The notes under the pieces: generated by a model
Told to the model about the DNA's origin: nothing
The model's database searches: none
The model's input: only the letters and a program-made list of their open reading frames with translations
Assembly (NCBI GenBank): GCA_964478425.1
Contig: CAYZIB010000001.1
Span: forward strand, 15,100-79,099
DNA from: an uncultured Anaeroplasmatales bacterium
GTDB lineage: Bacteria > Bacillota_I > Bacilli_A > Acholeplasmatales > WRBM01
Direction: 5' to 3'
DNA length: 64,000 nucleotides
Program-made: the position numbers and the translations under genes
Part shown: piece after piece, positions 19,053 through 29,083 of the stretch
How positions within the stretch are numbered: position 1 is the first letter of the stretch
Layout: every line of letters begins with the position of its first letter

Positions 19053-19375
19053 AAAAAATTATTAATGTTTTAGAAGATGTAAAATTAGAAGATATTAAAA
19101 TATATGATATGGAAAATAAATCTCCATTTTATGATTATATGGTTGTTGCTAGTGCAAAAAACCAAAGACAAAATCAAGCTGCATTAAAATATTTAAAAGA
19201 AATGGCATTTTTATCTAATTATGATATTAAAAATGTAGAAGGAAATAATTCATCATGGATATTAGTTGATATGTATAATGTTGTAATACATATTTTTACA
19301 AGTGAAGAAAGAACATATTATGCACTTGATAAATTATATTTTGATTATAAAAAAATAAGCATAAAAGATCTTTAA
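19046..19375 (+). CDS. rsfS: Ribosome silencing factor RsfS
   Basis: 109 aa with 'FYDYMVVASAKNQRQ' and 'WILVDMYNVVIHIF'. Confidence 0.9.
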   Translation: MLKKIINVLEDVKLEDIKIYDMENKSPFYDYMVVASAKNQRQNQAALKYLKEMAFLSNYDIKNVEGNNSSWILVDMYNVVIHIFTSEERTYYALDKLYFDYKKISIKDL

Positions 19376-19424
19376 TTTTAAAGTAAAAATTAAAAAATAA
19401 ATGAAATATATTAATGGTGATGAC

Positions 19425-19892
19425 ATGAAATTACTATTAATTATATTTCTTTTTTTTGTTTTAGGATGTAATAATGAAAATATTTATATAGCTGAAAAAT
19501 TAAATATTACAGATTTGTATATTAAAGTAGAAGGAGAAGTTTTAAAAGAAGGATATTATAAAATAAATAATTATATAACTTATAATGAATTATTTATGTT
19601 AGTAGGCATAAAAGATACAAGTGATATTTCAAACTTTGATTTAGAAAGTACTATTGATGTTGATAAAATATTTATACCTAAATTAAATGATAATATTTCT
19701 AATTTAATCAATATAAATAATGCAACATTAGAAGAATTATTAATATTGCCTGGAATAAAAGAAAAATTAGCACTAAATATTATTGAATATCGAAAAAATA
19801 ACGGACTATTTAATAATATTGAAGAGATTATGAATGTAAATGGAATAAAAGAAAAAAAGTTTTTATTAATTAAAGATTATATTTGTGTTTGA
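19425..19892 (+). CDS. comEA: Competence protein ComEA (helix-hairpin-helix DNA receptor), lipoprotein-type signal
   Basis: 'MKLLLIIFLFFVLGC' lipobox and C-terminal HhH 'INNATLEELLILPGIKEKLALNIIEYR...GLFNNIEEIMNVNGI'. The start at 19425 is preferred (GGTGA upstream); 19401 is possible. Confidence 0.85.
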   Translation: MKLLLIIFLFFVLGCNNENIYIAEKLNITDLYIKVEGEVLKEGYYKINNYITYNELFMLVGIKDTSDISNFDLESTIDVDKIFIPKLNDNISNLININNATLEELLILPGIKEKLALNIIEYRKNNGLFNNIEEIMNVNGIKEKKFLLIKDYICV

Positions 19893-21879
19893 AAATATAC
19901 ATTTTATAGCTTTAACAAACATTTTAGTTATTTTGTCGTTTTATTATAAAATTTTTTTTCTTTTATTAATTATTTATTTAATTTTTTTAAGGACAAAAAA
20001 TAAAAAAATTTTTTTTGTTTCAATTTTTTTTATGCTTTTAGAATTTATTATTTATTATAAAAAAATAATTCATCATAAAAGTTACAATAATCAAATACAA
20101 ATCATTAAAATAATTGATATTAAAGATAATTATTATATAGCAAAAATTAAAGACGAAAAGGTTATTTTTTATACAAATAACGATTATAAAATAAATGATA
20201 AAATTAAAGGGTATATTAAAGAATTTGAAATAGATAGTTTAAATATCGAATTTACATTTGATTATGAAGATTATTTAAAAAAACAAGGAATTATAAAAAA
20301 AATAAAATTAGAAAACGAAATATTAGTTAAACAAAATTATACAATCAAAAATTTAAAATATAAAATTAAAAATTATCTTTTAAATCATTATCCAGATAAA
20401 ACAAAAAAATATTTAGTTACTATATTTTTAGGAATTAATATTTTAGATGATAATATTTATGAAATATATAAGAATTTTAATTTAACTCATTTATTTTCAA
20501 TTTCAGGAGTACATATTAATTTTATAGTTTTATTTTTAAATTTTATATTAAAAAAATTAAAAATAAAAAACATAATAATTGAGTTTATATTAATATTTTA
20601 TTTATATTTTTTAAATTTTATACCATCAGTTTTTAGAAGTGTAAGTTGTTATATTTTCAAAAAAAGATTTAATATGAGTAGTTTTAACGCTTTAAATTTA
20701 TCGTTGATAATAATTTTATTAATTTTTCCAAATGTATTTTTTTTACCTCAATTTTATTTATCCTACTTATCATCTTTTTTAATTATTATGTTGGATTTAA
20801 AAAAAGATAAATTTAGCAATTTAAAGTTATTAATTAATTTAAACATTTTTTTATTTCCTTTTTTAATCAATTTAAATAATAAATTTAGTATAATTGCACT
20901 TTTTATTAGTTATATTTATTCTATTTTATTTATTAAATTTGTTTTACCTTTTAGTTTTATGACTTTATTTATTCCGTTTTTTAAAACATATTATGAAAAT
21001 ATTATTATTTTATTTGAAAAAATTATTTCAAATATAAATTGTAATTATATAATTTTTAAAAATTATTCAAATTATAAAATAATTATTTATTATATAGTCT
21101 ATTATTTATATAAAGTAACTAAACATAAATTTTATTTATTGTCATTAATTTTGCTTGTTATTATCAATAATTTTGGTGTGATTAATTTAAAAAATGAAGT
21201 TATTTTCTTAAATGTTGGTCAAGGTGATTCAAGTGTTTATATTAACAAATATAATAAGTGTAATATAGTAATTGATTCATTTAATAATACATATGAATAT
21301 TTAATAAAAAGAGGGATTAAAAAAATAGATTATTTAATATTTTCTCATGGAGATTTGGATCATATTTTAAATTATGAAAAAATTATTGATAATATAAAGG
21401 TAAAAAATATTTTAATAAGTAAATATGATTATTCTGATGATATTATAAAAATTGAAGAAAAAAATAATAATGTAATAAGGGTAAAATCAGATGATTATTT
21501 TAATTGTGGGGATGCATTAATAAAAATTTTATCACCAATAAAAAAATATGATTCATTAAATGATAATTCTATAGTTTTAAAATTATTTATTAAAGATAAG
21601 ACTTTTTTATATACAGGTGATATAAGTAAATCTGTTGAAAAAGACTTAGTAAATAGATATAAATATGATTTAAAAAGTGATTATTTAAAAGTAAGTCATC
21701 ATGGAAGTAATACTTCAACTGATAAAATATTTGTAAAATATGTAAATCCTAAAATATCTTTTATATCATGTGGAAAAAATAACATATATAATTTTCCAAA
21801 ACAAGAAGTTTTAGATACATTAAAAAATTCTGATATTCATATATCATATAAAAGAAAATCTTTAAAAGTTTTAATATGA
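19885..21879 (+). CDS. comEC: DNA internalisation competence protein ComEC/Rec2
   Basis: Polytopic competence domain ('LFSISGVHINFIV') with a C-terminal metallo-beta-lactamase ('FLNVGQGDS', 'FSHGDLDH', 'VSHHGS'). Confidence 0.9.
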   Translation: MFENIHFIALTNILVILSFYYKIFFLLLIIYLIFLRTKNKKIFFVSIFFMLLEFIIYYKKIIHHKSYNNQIQIIKIIDIKDNYYIAKIKDEKVIFYTNNDYKINDKIKGYIKEFEIDSLNIEFTFDYEDYLKKQGIIKKIKLENEILVKQNYTIKNLKYKIKNYLLNHYPDKTKKYLVTIFLGINILDDNIYEIYKNFNLTHLFSISGVHINFIVLFLNFILKKLKIKNIIIEFILIFYLYFLNFIPSVFRSVSCYIFKKRFNMSSFNALNLSLIIILLIFPNVFFLPQFYLSYLSSFLIIMLDLKKDKFSNLKLLINLNIFLFPFLINLNNKFSIIALFISYIYSILFIKFVLPFSFMTLFIPFFKTYYENIIILFEKIISNINCNYIIFKNYSNYKIIIYYIVYYLYKVTKHKFYLLSLILLVIINNFGVINLKNEVIFLNVGQGDSSVYINKYNKCNIVIDSFNNTYEYLIKRGIKKIDYLIFSHGDLDHILNYEKIIDNIKVKNILISKYDYSDDIIKIEEKNNNVIRVKSDDYFNCGDALIKILSPIKKYDSLNDNSIVLKLFIKDKTFLYTGDISKSVEKDLVNRYKYDLKSDYLKVSHHGSNTSTDKIFVKYVNPKISFISCGKNNIYNFPKQEVLDTLKNSDIHISYKRKSLKVLI

Positions 21880-21925
21880 TTTGAAAAAATTGAAGAATAA
21901 GTTTATAATATATTTGGTGGAAAAA

Positions 21926-22831
21926 ATGGAAAAATCAATTTATATTTTATATGGAACAAATATTGAATTAATGAATGAATTTATTTTAGATTTAAAAAAT
22001 AAGTTAAACATAGATGATAATTCTTATTTCGATTTTAGTGATGATTATACAATTAATCAAGTAATAAATGAATTAAATAATTATTCTTTATTTGAGTCAA
22101 AAAAAATAATTAAATATAAGACTAATGATTTAATATCGTTTAAAAATTATTTTAAAAATCCTAATCCTGATATTATTTTAATATTACTTACTGATAAATT
22201 AAATTTAAAAGAAGAATATGATTATATCGAGGCTATTGAATTTAAAGAATTAAACGATAAGGAATTAGCTAAATATATAAAAAAACAATTAAACAATGCT
22301 GATATTGAAATATCAAATGATGCATTAGATGAATTTGTTATAAGAATTAAAACAGATTTTAATCAAGCTAAAATGGAAGTTGATAAAATAATTACTTATT
22401 GTGATAAAAAAATTAAAACAGTTGATTTAAAGATGATTTTAAATCTTGTTCCTTCTAATTTAGATGATAATATTTTTTTAATAATCGAATCAATAATCGA
22501 AAGAAATAAAAAAAGAGCTTTGAAAATATATAATGATTTGATAAAATCAAATCAAGATGTAATGCAAATTTTAAATGTTTTACAAAATAAATTTAATGAA
22601 ATATTTTATATAAAAGTTCTTCTTGATGAAAATAAAACAAAAGAAGAAATTAGTAAATATTTTAATTATTCAAAGGGAAGAACTTATTATGCTATTAAAA
22701 CTGCTAGCAATTTTGACATATCAAGTATCAGATATTTTATAAAAGAATTAAGTGATTTAGAATATAAAATTAAATCTGGAATAGTTGATAGTAAAATTGC
22801 TATTGAATTATTTATTTTAGAATTGAGGTAA
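21926..22831 (+). CDS. holA: DNA polymerase III delta subunit HolA
   Basis: Size, position after comEC as in B. subtilis, and a delta-like layout ('IYILYG...', C-terminal helical domain). ATG 21926 follows GGTGGA. Confidence 0.7.
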   Translation: MEKSIYILYGTNIELMNEFILDLKNKLNIDDNSYFDFSDDYTINQVINELNNYSLFESKKIIKYKTNDLISFKNYFKNPNPDIILILLTDKLNLKEEYDYIEAIEFKELNDKELAKYIKKQLNNADIEISNDALDEFVIRIKTDFNQAKMEVDKIITYCDKKIKTVDLKMILNLVPSNLDDNIFLIIESIIERNKKRALKIYNDLIKSNQDVMQILNVLQNKFNEIFYIKVLLDENKTKEEISKYFNYSKGRTYYAIKTASNFDISSIRYFIKELSDLEYKIKSGIVDSKIAIELFILELR

Positions 22832-22836
22832 TAATT

Positions 22837-23490
22837 ATGAATTATGAATATGTATTTGTTTTTGATTTTGAAACATCTGGTTTAGATTTTATATCTGATA
22901 GAGTAATAGAATTAGGTGGAATACTTTATAAAAAAGAAAATTTTGAATTTAAAAAGGTTTTAGAAATTGATGATTTAATAAAGATTGATTTTTTATTACC
23001 TGATAAAATTAAAGAAATAACTCATATTACTGATGATATGCTTAATGAAAAAGGAATATTAGAAGAAGAATTATTTTATAAATTAGATAATATTTTAAGT
23101 TTAAATCCTTTATTAGTTGCTTATAATTTACAATTTGATATTAATTTTATTATTCAAATGTTTAGAAGATATCAAAATAGAAATTATCAATTATCTTTAG
23201 ATGTATTAGATGTAATGGCTATTTATAAAGATTTTTATAGCTATCCTCATCGTCTTGAAAGTGCAGTTAATACTTTAAATGTTGATATTTTAAATACGCA
23301 TAGAGCATTAGATGATGTAAAAGCTACAGTTGAGGTGTTAAAAAAATTGAGTAAAATTACAAGTATAGATCCGTTTATAAATGTATTAGGATATAATCCT
23401 AAATATGGAGTAAATGGCGAAAGATTAAAACATGTTAGTTATGTTCCACAATACGGTAATAGAAGAGAAATTGTTAAAAGAAGCGCATAA
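22837..23490 (+). CDS. DnaQ/epsilon-like 3'-5' exonuclease
   Basis: ExoI 'VFDFETSGL', ExoII 'AYNLQFDINFI' and ExoIII-epsilon 'HRALDDVKAT'. It starts 5 nt after the holA stop. Confidence 0.8.
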   Translation: MNYEYVFVFDFETSGLDFISDRVIELGGILYKKENFEFKKVLEIDDLIKIDFLLPDKIKEITHITDDMLNEKGILEEELFYKLDNILSLNPLLVAYNLQFDINFIIQMFRRYQNRNYQLSLDVLDVMAIYKDFYSYPHRLESAVNTLNVDILNTHRALDDVKATVEVLKKLSKITSIDPFINVLGYNPKYGVNGERLKHVSYVPQYGNRREIVKRSA

Positions 23491-23527
23491 AAAAAGAAAA
23501 ACACATCCCAGATGTGTTTTCTTTTTA
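23490..23527. terminator. Bidirectional terminator between the exonuclease gene and rpsT
   Basis: 10-bp stem AAAACACATC/GATGTGTTTT, with an A-tract before and a T-tract after. Confidence 0.75.
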
Positions 23528-23788
23528 ATTTAAGCTATTGATTAATAATTGTAATCTTGATTTGTTTCTTGCAACATAATTTTTATGAACAATACCTTTA
23601 ACTTGTGCTTTGTCTAATTTTTTGCAAGCAACTTGATATGCTTTAACTGCATTTTCTTTATCATTAGCTTCAACTAAATTAATAACATTTTTTAAAGCAG
23701 TTTTCATTGAAGATTTAACTGAAGCATTACGTTGTCTTCTTTTTTCGTCAGTTTTGATTCTTTTTAATTGTTGTTTAATGTGTGCCAT
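23525..23788 (-). CDS. rpsT: 30S ribosomal protein S20
   Basis: 'MAHIKQQLKRIKTDEKRRQRN'. ATG at 23788 follows GGAGGTGAAA; the track's longer ORF has no support. Confidence 0.95.
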   Translation of the reverse strand: MAHIKQQLKRIKTDEKRRQRNASVKSSMKTALKNVINLVEANDKENAVKAYQVACKKLDKAQVKGIVHKNYVARNKSRLQLLINSLN

Positions 23789-23896
23789 TCTTTCACCTCC
23801 ATAGCATAGCATTAATATTTTATCAAGAATGTTTTAAAAAAGCAATACTTAAGAATTAAAAATTGAAAATGAGATAAAATATTAAAAGGTGATTTT

Positions 23897-24655
23897 ATGC
23901 TTTGGATTGAAATGGAAGCTGATTATGAAAAATATTATCAAAATATTAAAACAAATGAAAATATTAAATTATATGAAGCAATCTTTGAAAATTATTATTA
24001 TCATACAATATTTACAACTTATTTTAAAAATGATGATGATATTTTAAAAATAAGTTTAGAAAATGTTTTTAAAAAAGTATTAAATAAATATTTAAAAATT
24101 AAAAATATTAATAAAAAAGATAAAATATTAATTGTTGGATTGGGAAATAAAAATATAAATGCTGATGCGTTAGGACCATTAACAATCGAAAATTTAATTG
24201 TAACTAATAATAATTTTAATAACAAATTTAGACCTATATGTGCTTTAATACCTGATGTTACAATAAATACTGGTATGGATAGTGCTTATATTATAAAATC
24301 AATTGTAAAACAAGAAAAACCTAAATTTGTGATTATAATTGATTCATTGAAAGCTAATACATTAAAAAGGATGAATTCAATAATTCAATTTACTGATAAG
24401 GGGGTTAGTCCTGGAAGTGGTATTTATGATAATAGAATTGAAATTAATGAAAATTTTTTAAAAACAAAATTATTAGTTATCGGAATACCTACTGTTGTAG
24501 ATATTAAAAGTATTTTAAAAGATTATACTAAAGAAAATTTTTTTATTGATGAAAATATTATTGTTTCATCAAAAAATATTGATTATGAAATTAAATTAAT
24601 GAGTAGATTTATTGCAAAATGTCTAAATGATGTATTAATTTTCAACAAAAAATAA
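23897..24655 (+). CDS. gpr: Germination protease GPR (peptidase A25), compact form
   Basis: 'LIVGLGNKNINADALGP', 'KPKFVIIIDSL', 'GVSPGSG' and 'IGIPTVVD', in the conserved position next to rpsT. Confidence 0.8.
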   Translation: MLWIEMEADYEKYYQNIKTNENIKLYEAIFENYYYHTIFTTYFKNDDDILKISLENVFKKVLNKYLKIKNINKKDKILIVGLGNKNINADALGPLTIENLIVTNNNFNNKFRPICALIPDVTINTGMDSAYIIKSIVKQEKPKFVIIIDSLKANTLKRMNSIIQFTDKGVSPGSGIYDNRIEINENFLKTKLLVIGIPTVVDIKSILKDYTKENFFIDENIIVSSKNIDYEIKLMSRFIAKCLNDVLIFNKK

Positions 24656-24693
24656 CTTTAATTACATATATACTATTTTTGAGGTGATTTTTT

Positions 24694-24978
24694 TTGAATA
24701 AACAAATAAAATATGGGTTTGTTTTTTTAATATTCATAATGGGTATTGCTCTTGGTAGTATTAGTAGTCAAAAACAAAATGATAATAATATTGAAGATTT
24801 TGAAACAAGTTTAGAAGAAAATAAATTTTATATAGGAGAAGAAAAGTTTTCTAATTATGATGTTCAAAATAATTTATTTATTAAAATTGCAAAATTATTA
24901 GAAAAAATTATTAAAAAAATTTTTAGTGGAGTATTAAATATTATTGCTAAAGGCTTAAAATTAATTTTTGGTATTTAA
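24694..24978 (+). CDS. Hypothetical small membrane protein (94 aa)
   Basis: TTG start 6 nt after GAGGTGA. It has an N-terminal TM helix and a C-terminal cationic amphipathic segment. Confidence 0.55.
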   Translation: MNKQIKYGFVFLIFIMGIALGSISSQKQNDNNIEDFETSLEENKFYIGEEKFSNYDVQNNLFIKIAKLLEKIIKKIFSGVLNIIAKGLKLIFGI

Positions 24979-25023
24979 ATATTTTATATTTATGATATAA
25001 TAATATCATTAAGGAGGTATATT

Positions 25024-25605
25024 ATGACATTACCTAATAAACTTACAATTTTAAGAATTTTATTAATTCCAATAATGATTATTTTATACTATATTACTCC
25101 ATTACAAGAAATAGAGGTTATAAACACATTATCGCTTGCAAATTTACTTGCGTGTTTAGTATTTATTATAGCTTCATTAACTGATTTTTTAGATGGACAT
25201 ATAGCAAGAAAAAACAATTTAGTAACAACATTTGGTAAGTTTGCAGATCCATTAGCAGATAAAATTTTAGTTATGGCAGCAATGATTTTATTAATGGATC
25301 AAACTATTAATCCTAATTATGCGATTGAACCATGGATTATTATAGTAATATTATCTAGAGAATTTATTGTTTCAGGTATAAGATTAGTAGCTGTTGAAAA
25401 TGGGAAAGTTATTGCAGCTTCTAAATTAGGGAAATATAAAACAGCATCTACAATGATTGCTTTAATTGTTGTTTTTTTAGAAAATATGATAAGTGGTATG
25501 GAAGTAGTTGGAATGATATTAATTTATATTGCATTAGCTTTAACTATTATTTCTGGAATTGATTATTTTTGGAAAAATAAAAATATCATATTAGAATCAA
25601 TTTAA
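25024..25605 (+). CDS. pgsA: CDP-diacylglycerol--glycerol-3-phosphate 3-phosphatidyltransferase
   Basis: CDP-alcohol phosphatidyltransferase motif '[27 protein letters not shown]'. Confidence 0.92.
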   Translation: MTLPNKLTILRILLIPIMIILYYITPLQEIEVINTLSLANLLACLVFIIASLTDFLDGHIARKNNLVTTFGKFADPLADKILVMAAMILLMDQTINPNYAIEPWIIIVILSREFIVSGIRLVAVENGKVIAASKLGKYKTASTMIALIVVFLENMISGMEVVGMILIYIALALTIISGIDYFWKNKNIILESI

Positions 25606-25652
25606 AGGAAAAATGGTATTTAATTGTAAATATATTAAAAAGGAGTAAAAAA

Positions 25653-26639
25653 ATGGATACAAATAAAGATCAAGCATTAGATTTAGCATTTAAACAAATA
25701 AAAAAACAATTTGGTGAAGGTTCTGTTATGAAATTAGGAGATGAGCCAGATAAAAAAGTTGAAGCTGTATCATCAGGTTCTATTGCTTTAGATTTTGCTT
25801 TAGGTATTGGTGGATATCCAAAAGGACGCATTATTGAAATTTACGGGCCTGAAAGTTCTGGTAAAACTACTGTTGCTCTTCATGCTGTTGCACAAGTCCA
25901 AAAAAATGGAGGATATGCAGCTTTTATTGATGCAGAACATGCATTAGATCCTGTTTATGCAAAAGCACTTGGAGTTGATACAGATAATTTAATTTTATCT
26001 CAACCTGATACAGGAGAACAAGCATTACAAATAGCAGAAGCTTTAATTAAAAGTGGAGCAATCGATTGTATTGTAGTAGACTCAGTAGCTGCCCTTGTTC
26101 CTGAAGCAGAAATAAATGGAGATATTGGTGATAGTCATGTTGGATTACAAGCAAGACTTATGAGCCAAGCAATGAGAAAACTTGCTGGAATAATTAGTAA
26201 AACAAATTGTATTGCAATTTTTATTAATCAAATAAGAGAAAAAGTTGGAATTATGTTTGGTAATCCTGAAACAACACCTGGAGGTAGAGCTTTAAAATTC
26301 TATTCATCTGTAAGATTAGAAGTTAGAAGAAGCGAACAAATAAAAACAGGTAGTGAAGTAGTTGGAAATAAAACAACTATTAAAATTGTAAAAAATAAAG
26401 TTGCACCACCTTTTAAAGTAGCAGAAGTAGAAATAATTTATGGAAAAGGAATTTCACTTGTTGGTGAAGTATTAGATTTAGCTAGTGAAAAAAATATAAT
26501 AAATAAAAGTGGAGCATGGTATTCTTATAATGGTGAAAAAATTGGTCAAGGAAGAGAAAATGCTAAAGAATTTTTATTGAAAAATCAAGAAATTTTTGAT
26601 ACAGTATTAAACCAAGTAAGAAAAGAATTAAGTTTATAA
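25653..26639 (+). CDS. recA: Recombinase RecA
   Basis: '[13 protein letters not shown]', 'IVVDSVAAL' and '[22 protein letters not shown]'. Confidence 0.98.
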   Translation: MDTNKDQALDLAFKQIKKQFGEGSVMKLGDEPDKKVEAVSSGSIALDFALGIGGYPKGRIIEIYGPESSGKTTVALHAVAQVQKNGGYAAFIDAEHALDPVYAKALGVDTDNLILSQPDTGEQALQIAEALIKSGAIDCIVVDSVAALVPEAEINGDIGDSHVGLQARLMSQAMRKLAGIISKTNCIAIFINQIREKVGIMFGNPETTPGGRALKFYSSVRLEVRRSEQIKTGSEVVGNKTTIKIVKNKVAPPFKVAEVEIIYGKGISLVGEVLDLASEKNIINKSGAWYSYNGEKIGQGRENAKEFLLKNQEIFDTVLNQVRKELSL

Positions 26640-26677
26640 AAAAACTTCATATCAAATTGATATGAAGCTTTTTTTTA
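26640..26677. terminator. Bidirectional terminator between recA and the convergent hypothetical gene
   Basis: Stem CTTCATATCA/TGATATGAAG flanked by A5 and T8. Confidence 0.75.
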
Positions 26678-27310
26678 ATAATTTTCATCAAATATATTTT
26701 TCCAAGTGTTTGCTTTTACTTTAAAGTATTCAGTTTTTTCTTCTGTTGTTTGATCAGCAACTGAAGTTACTGTGTAACTTAATTTAATGTATAAATCAGG
26801 AGTTTTAACACTAATAAAAGGTAAATTTCCTTTTAAAGGCATTTCTGTTTTTAAAGTAATTTGTGATGTTAATGTTTGTTTTTTAATATCTTTATTTTCA
26901 TCTTTTATATAATATGTTTTAGAAACAGTTTTACTACTTGATTCATCATTACATTTTCCCCAATAGCAACCAGTAGAAAAAGTAACTTTTACATTTGATA
27001 TATTATTTTGATTTATTTTTTCTTCATTTAAAAAAATTGTATAATCAATTTCCATTTGTCCATTATTTGTTGAATTTGTTCTTTTTGGAGAATATGCAAT
27101 TGATTTTAATTCGATATCAAAAATTTCAGATTTGTTTAACTTATTGAATTCTGTTGCTTTTATTTCTTCATCAAATAAAACAGGAACATTTTTATTATAT
27201 TCAAGTATATATGTTACCCCACTAACTATTAAAAATGAAAAAACAAGTAAACCAATAAATAAAAATAATTTCATTGGTAATTTCCTTTTATTTTTAGTTG
27301 TTTTATTCAT
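26675..27310 (-). CDS. Hypothetical membrane-anchored protein (211 aa)
   Basis: ATG 27310 lies 6 nt after GAGGTG. It has a basic N-terminus, one TM helix ('LFLFIGLLVFSFLIVSGV') and a beta-rich, Ser/Thr/Lys-rich ectodomain. I recognise no family. Confidence 0.55.
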   Translation of the reverse strand: MNKTTKNKRKLPMKLFLFIGLLVFSFLIVSGVTYILEYNKNVPVLFDEEIKATEFNKLNKSEIFDIELKSIAYSPKRTNSTNNGQMEIDYTIFLNEEKINQNNISNVKVTFSTGCYWGKCNDESSSKTVSKTYYIKDENKDIKKQTLTSQITLKTEMPLKGNLPFISVKTPDLYIKLSYTVTSVADQTTEEKTEYFKVKANTWKNIFDENY

Positions 27311-27377
27311 ACAATACACCTCGATTTTATTTTAACATAATAAAAAAAAAATGCAACTTAAAATATCTATTTATTAA

Positions 27378-27406
27378 TTGACTATAAAGAAATTCTATTA
27401 TATAAT
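27378..27406 (+). promoter_or_regulatory. Putative sigma-A promoter of rny
   Basis: TTGACT-N17-TATAAT, about 80 nt upstream of the rny start. Confidence 0.5.
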
Positions 27407-27486
27407 TAAATAGTAAATGTTTTTAATTTATAAGAGTTATACTCTTTTTTGTATATCTATTTATATATATTTATGGAGGTGTTTAT

Positions 27487-29046
27487 ATGATATTAGGTAT
27501 CATCATCTCCGCTTTAGTTGCTGGTGGAATTTGTTTCTATTTAGGTTATCTACTTAGAATTAAACAATATGAAAAAAGCTTAAAAAACACAGAAGAAAAA
27601 ATTCAAAAAATGCTTAAGGATGCTGAAATCGAATCAGATTCTTTAAAAAAGCAATCAATTACAGAAGCAAAATCTGAGATTGCTCTTTTAAAAAAAGAAG
27701 CAGAATCAGATATTAAAGATAGAAAACAAATTGTTTTAGACTTAGAATCTAAATTATCAGTTAGAGAAGATAATCTTGAAAAAAGAACACTTAATTTGGA
27801 TAAAAGAGAACAAATTTTAAACTCAAAAGAAGAAAAAATAGATCTTAAAAAACAAGAAATAGAAGAACAAAGCAACAAAGTGGAAGAATTATTAAAAAAA
27901 CAAGAAGAAAAACTAAGTGAAATTGCTAATTTAACACTTGAAGAAGCTCATGATATTATAATGAATAAAGTTAGAGATGATATGAGTAATGAAATTACTG
28001 GATATATAAAAGAAGAAGAAGAAAAAGCAAAAGCAGAAGTACATAATAAAGCTAAAAACTTATTAGCTTTAGCAATTCAAAAATATGCAAGTGAAACAAC
28101 AAATGAAAAAACTGTATCTGTTGTAGATTTGCCAAGTGATGAAATGAAAGGTAGAATAATAGGTCGTGAAGGTAGAAATATTCGTACTATTGAATCTTTA
28201 ACAGGTGTTGATTTAATTGTTGATGATACTCCAGAAGCAGTAGTTTTAAGTGGATTTGATCCAATTAGAAGAGAAGTAGCAAAAAGAACATTACAAACAC
28301 TTGTTAATGATGGAAGAATTCATCCAGGAAGAATAGAAGAAATAGTTGAAAGAAGTCAAGCAGAAGTTGAAATGATAATTCGTGAATCAGGAGAAGAAGC
28401 TGTATTTACATGTGGAATTGGAAAAGTACACCCTGATCTAATTAAACTTTTAGGTAGATTAAATTTTAGAACAAGCTATGGACAAAATGTCTTAAAACAT
28501 TCTATTGAAACAGCATTTTTAGCTGGTAAATTAGCAGCAGAAATTGGTGAAAATGAAATTTTAGCAAGAAGAGCTGGTCTTTTACATGATATCGGTAAAG
28601 CTGTTGATCATGAAGTAGAAGGAAGTCATGTTGAAATTGGTGGTAAATTAGCCATCAAATATCGTGAACCTAAAGCAGTTATTGATGCTATACAATCGCA
28701 TCATGGTGATAAAGAAGCAGAAACTATGATCGGTATATTAGTTGCAGCTGCAGATGCTTTAAGTGCAGCTAGACCTGGTGCAAGAAGTGAATCGCTTGAA
28801 AATTATGTTCAAAGATTAGAGCAATTAGAAAATATTTCTAATAATATTAAGGGTGTTGAAAAATCATTTGCAATACAAGCGGGTAGAGAAATAAGAGTTA
28901 TTGTTAAACCTGAAGAAGTTGATGATTTATCTACATTTAAAATAGCAAGACAAATCAAAGAAGAAATAGAAAATAATTTAAGTTATCCTGGAACTATTAA
29001 AGTTACAGTAATAAGAGAAACAAGAGCAGTTGATACAGCAAAATAA
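27487..29046 (+). CDS. rny: Ribonuclease Y
   Basis: N-terminal TM, coiled coil, KH ('[12 protein letters not shown]') and HD ('LLHDIGKA'). Confidence 0.97.
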   Translation: MILGIIISALVAGGICFYLGYLLRIKQYEKSLKNTEEKIQKMLKDAEIESDSLKKQSITEAKSEIALLKKEAESDIKDRKQIVLDLESKLSVREDNLEKRTLNLDKREQILNSKEEKIDLKKQEIEEQSNKVEELLKKQEEKLSEIANLTLEEAHDIIMNKVRDDMSNEITGYIKEEEEKAKAEVHNKAKNLLALAIQKYASETTNEKTVSVVDLPSDEMKGRIIGREGRNIRTIESLTGVDLIVDDTPEAVVLSGFDPIRREVAKRTLQTLVNDGRIHPGRIEEIVERSQAEVEMIIRESGEEAVFTCGIGKVHPDLIKLLGRLNFRTSYGQNVLKHSIETAFLAGKLAAEIGENEILARRAGLLHDIGKAVDHEVEGSHVEIGGKLAIKYREPKAVIDAIQSHHGDKEAETMIGILVAAADALSAARPGARSESLENYVQRLEQLENISNNIKGVEKSFAIQAGREIRVIVKPEEVDDLSTFKIARQIKEEIENNLSYPGTIKVTVIRETRAVDTAK

Positions 29047-29083
29047 GCAGTACACTGCTTTTTTTTAAGAAGAGGTATTTTAT

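Noticed and set aside
25606-25652. Searched for a LexA/Cheo SOS box (GAAC-N4-GTTC) upstream of recA, and upstream of dinB at 53354-53434.
   Set aside because: No such motif is visible in either upstream region, so I make no regulatory call.
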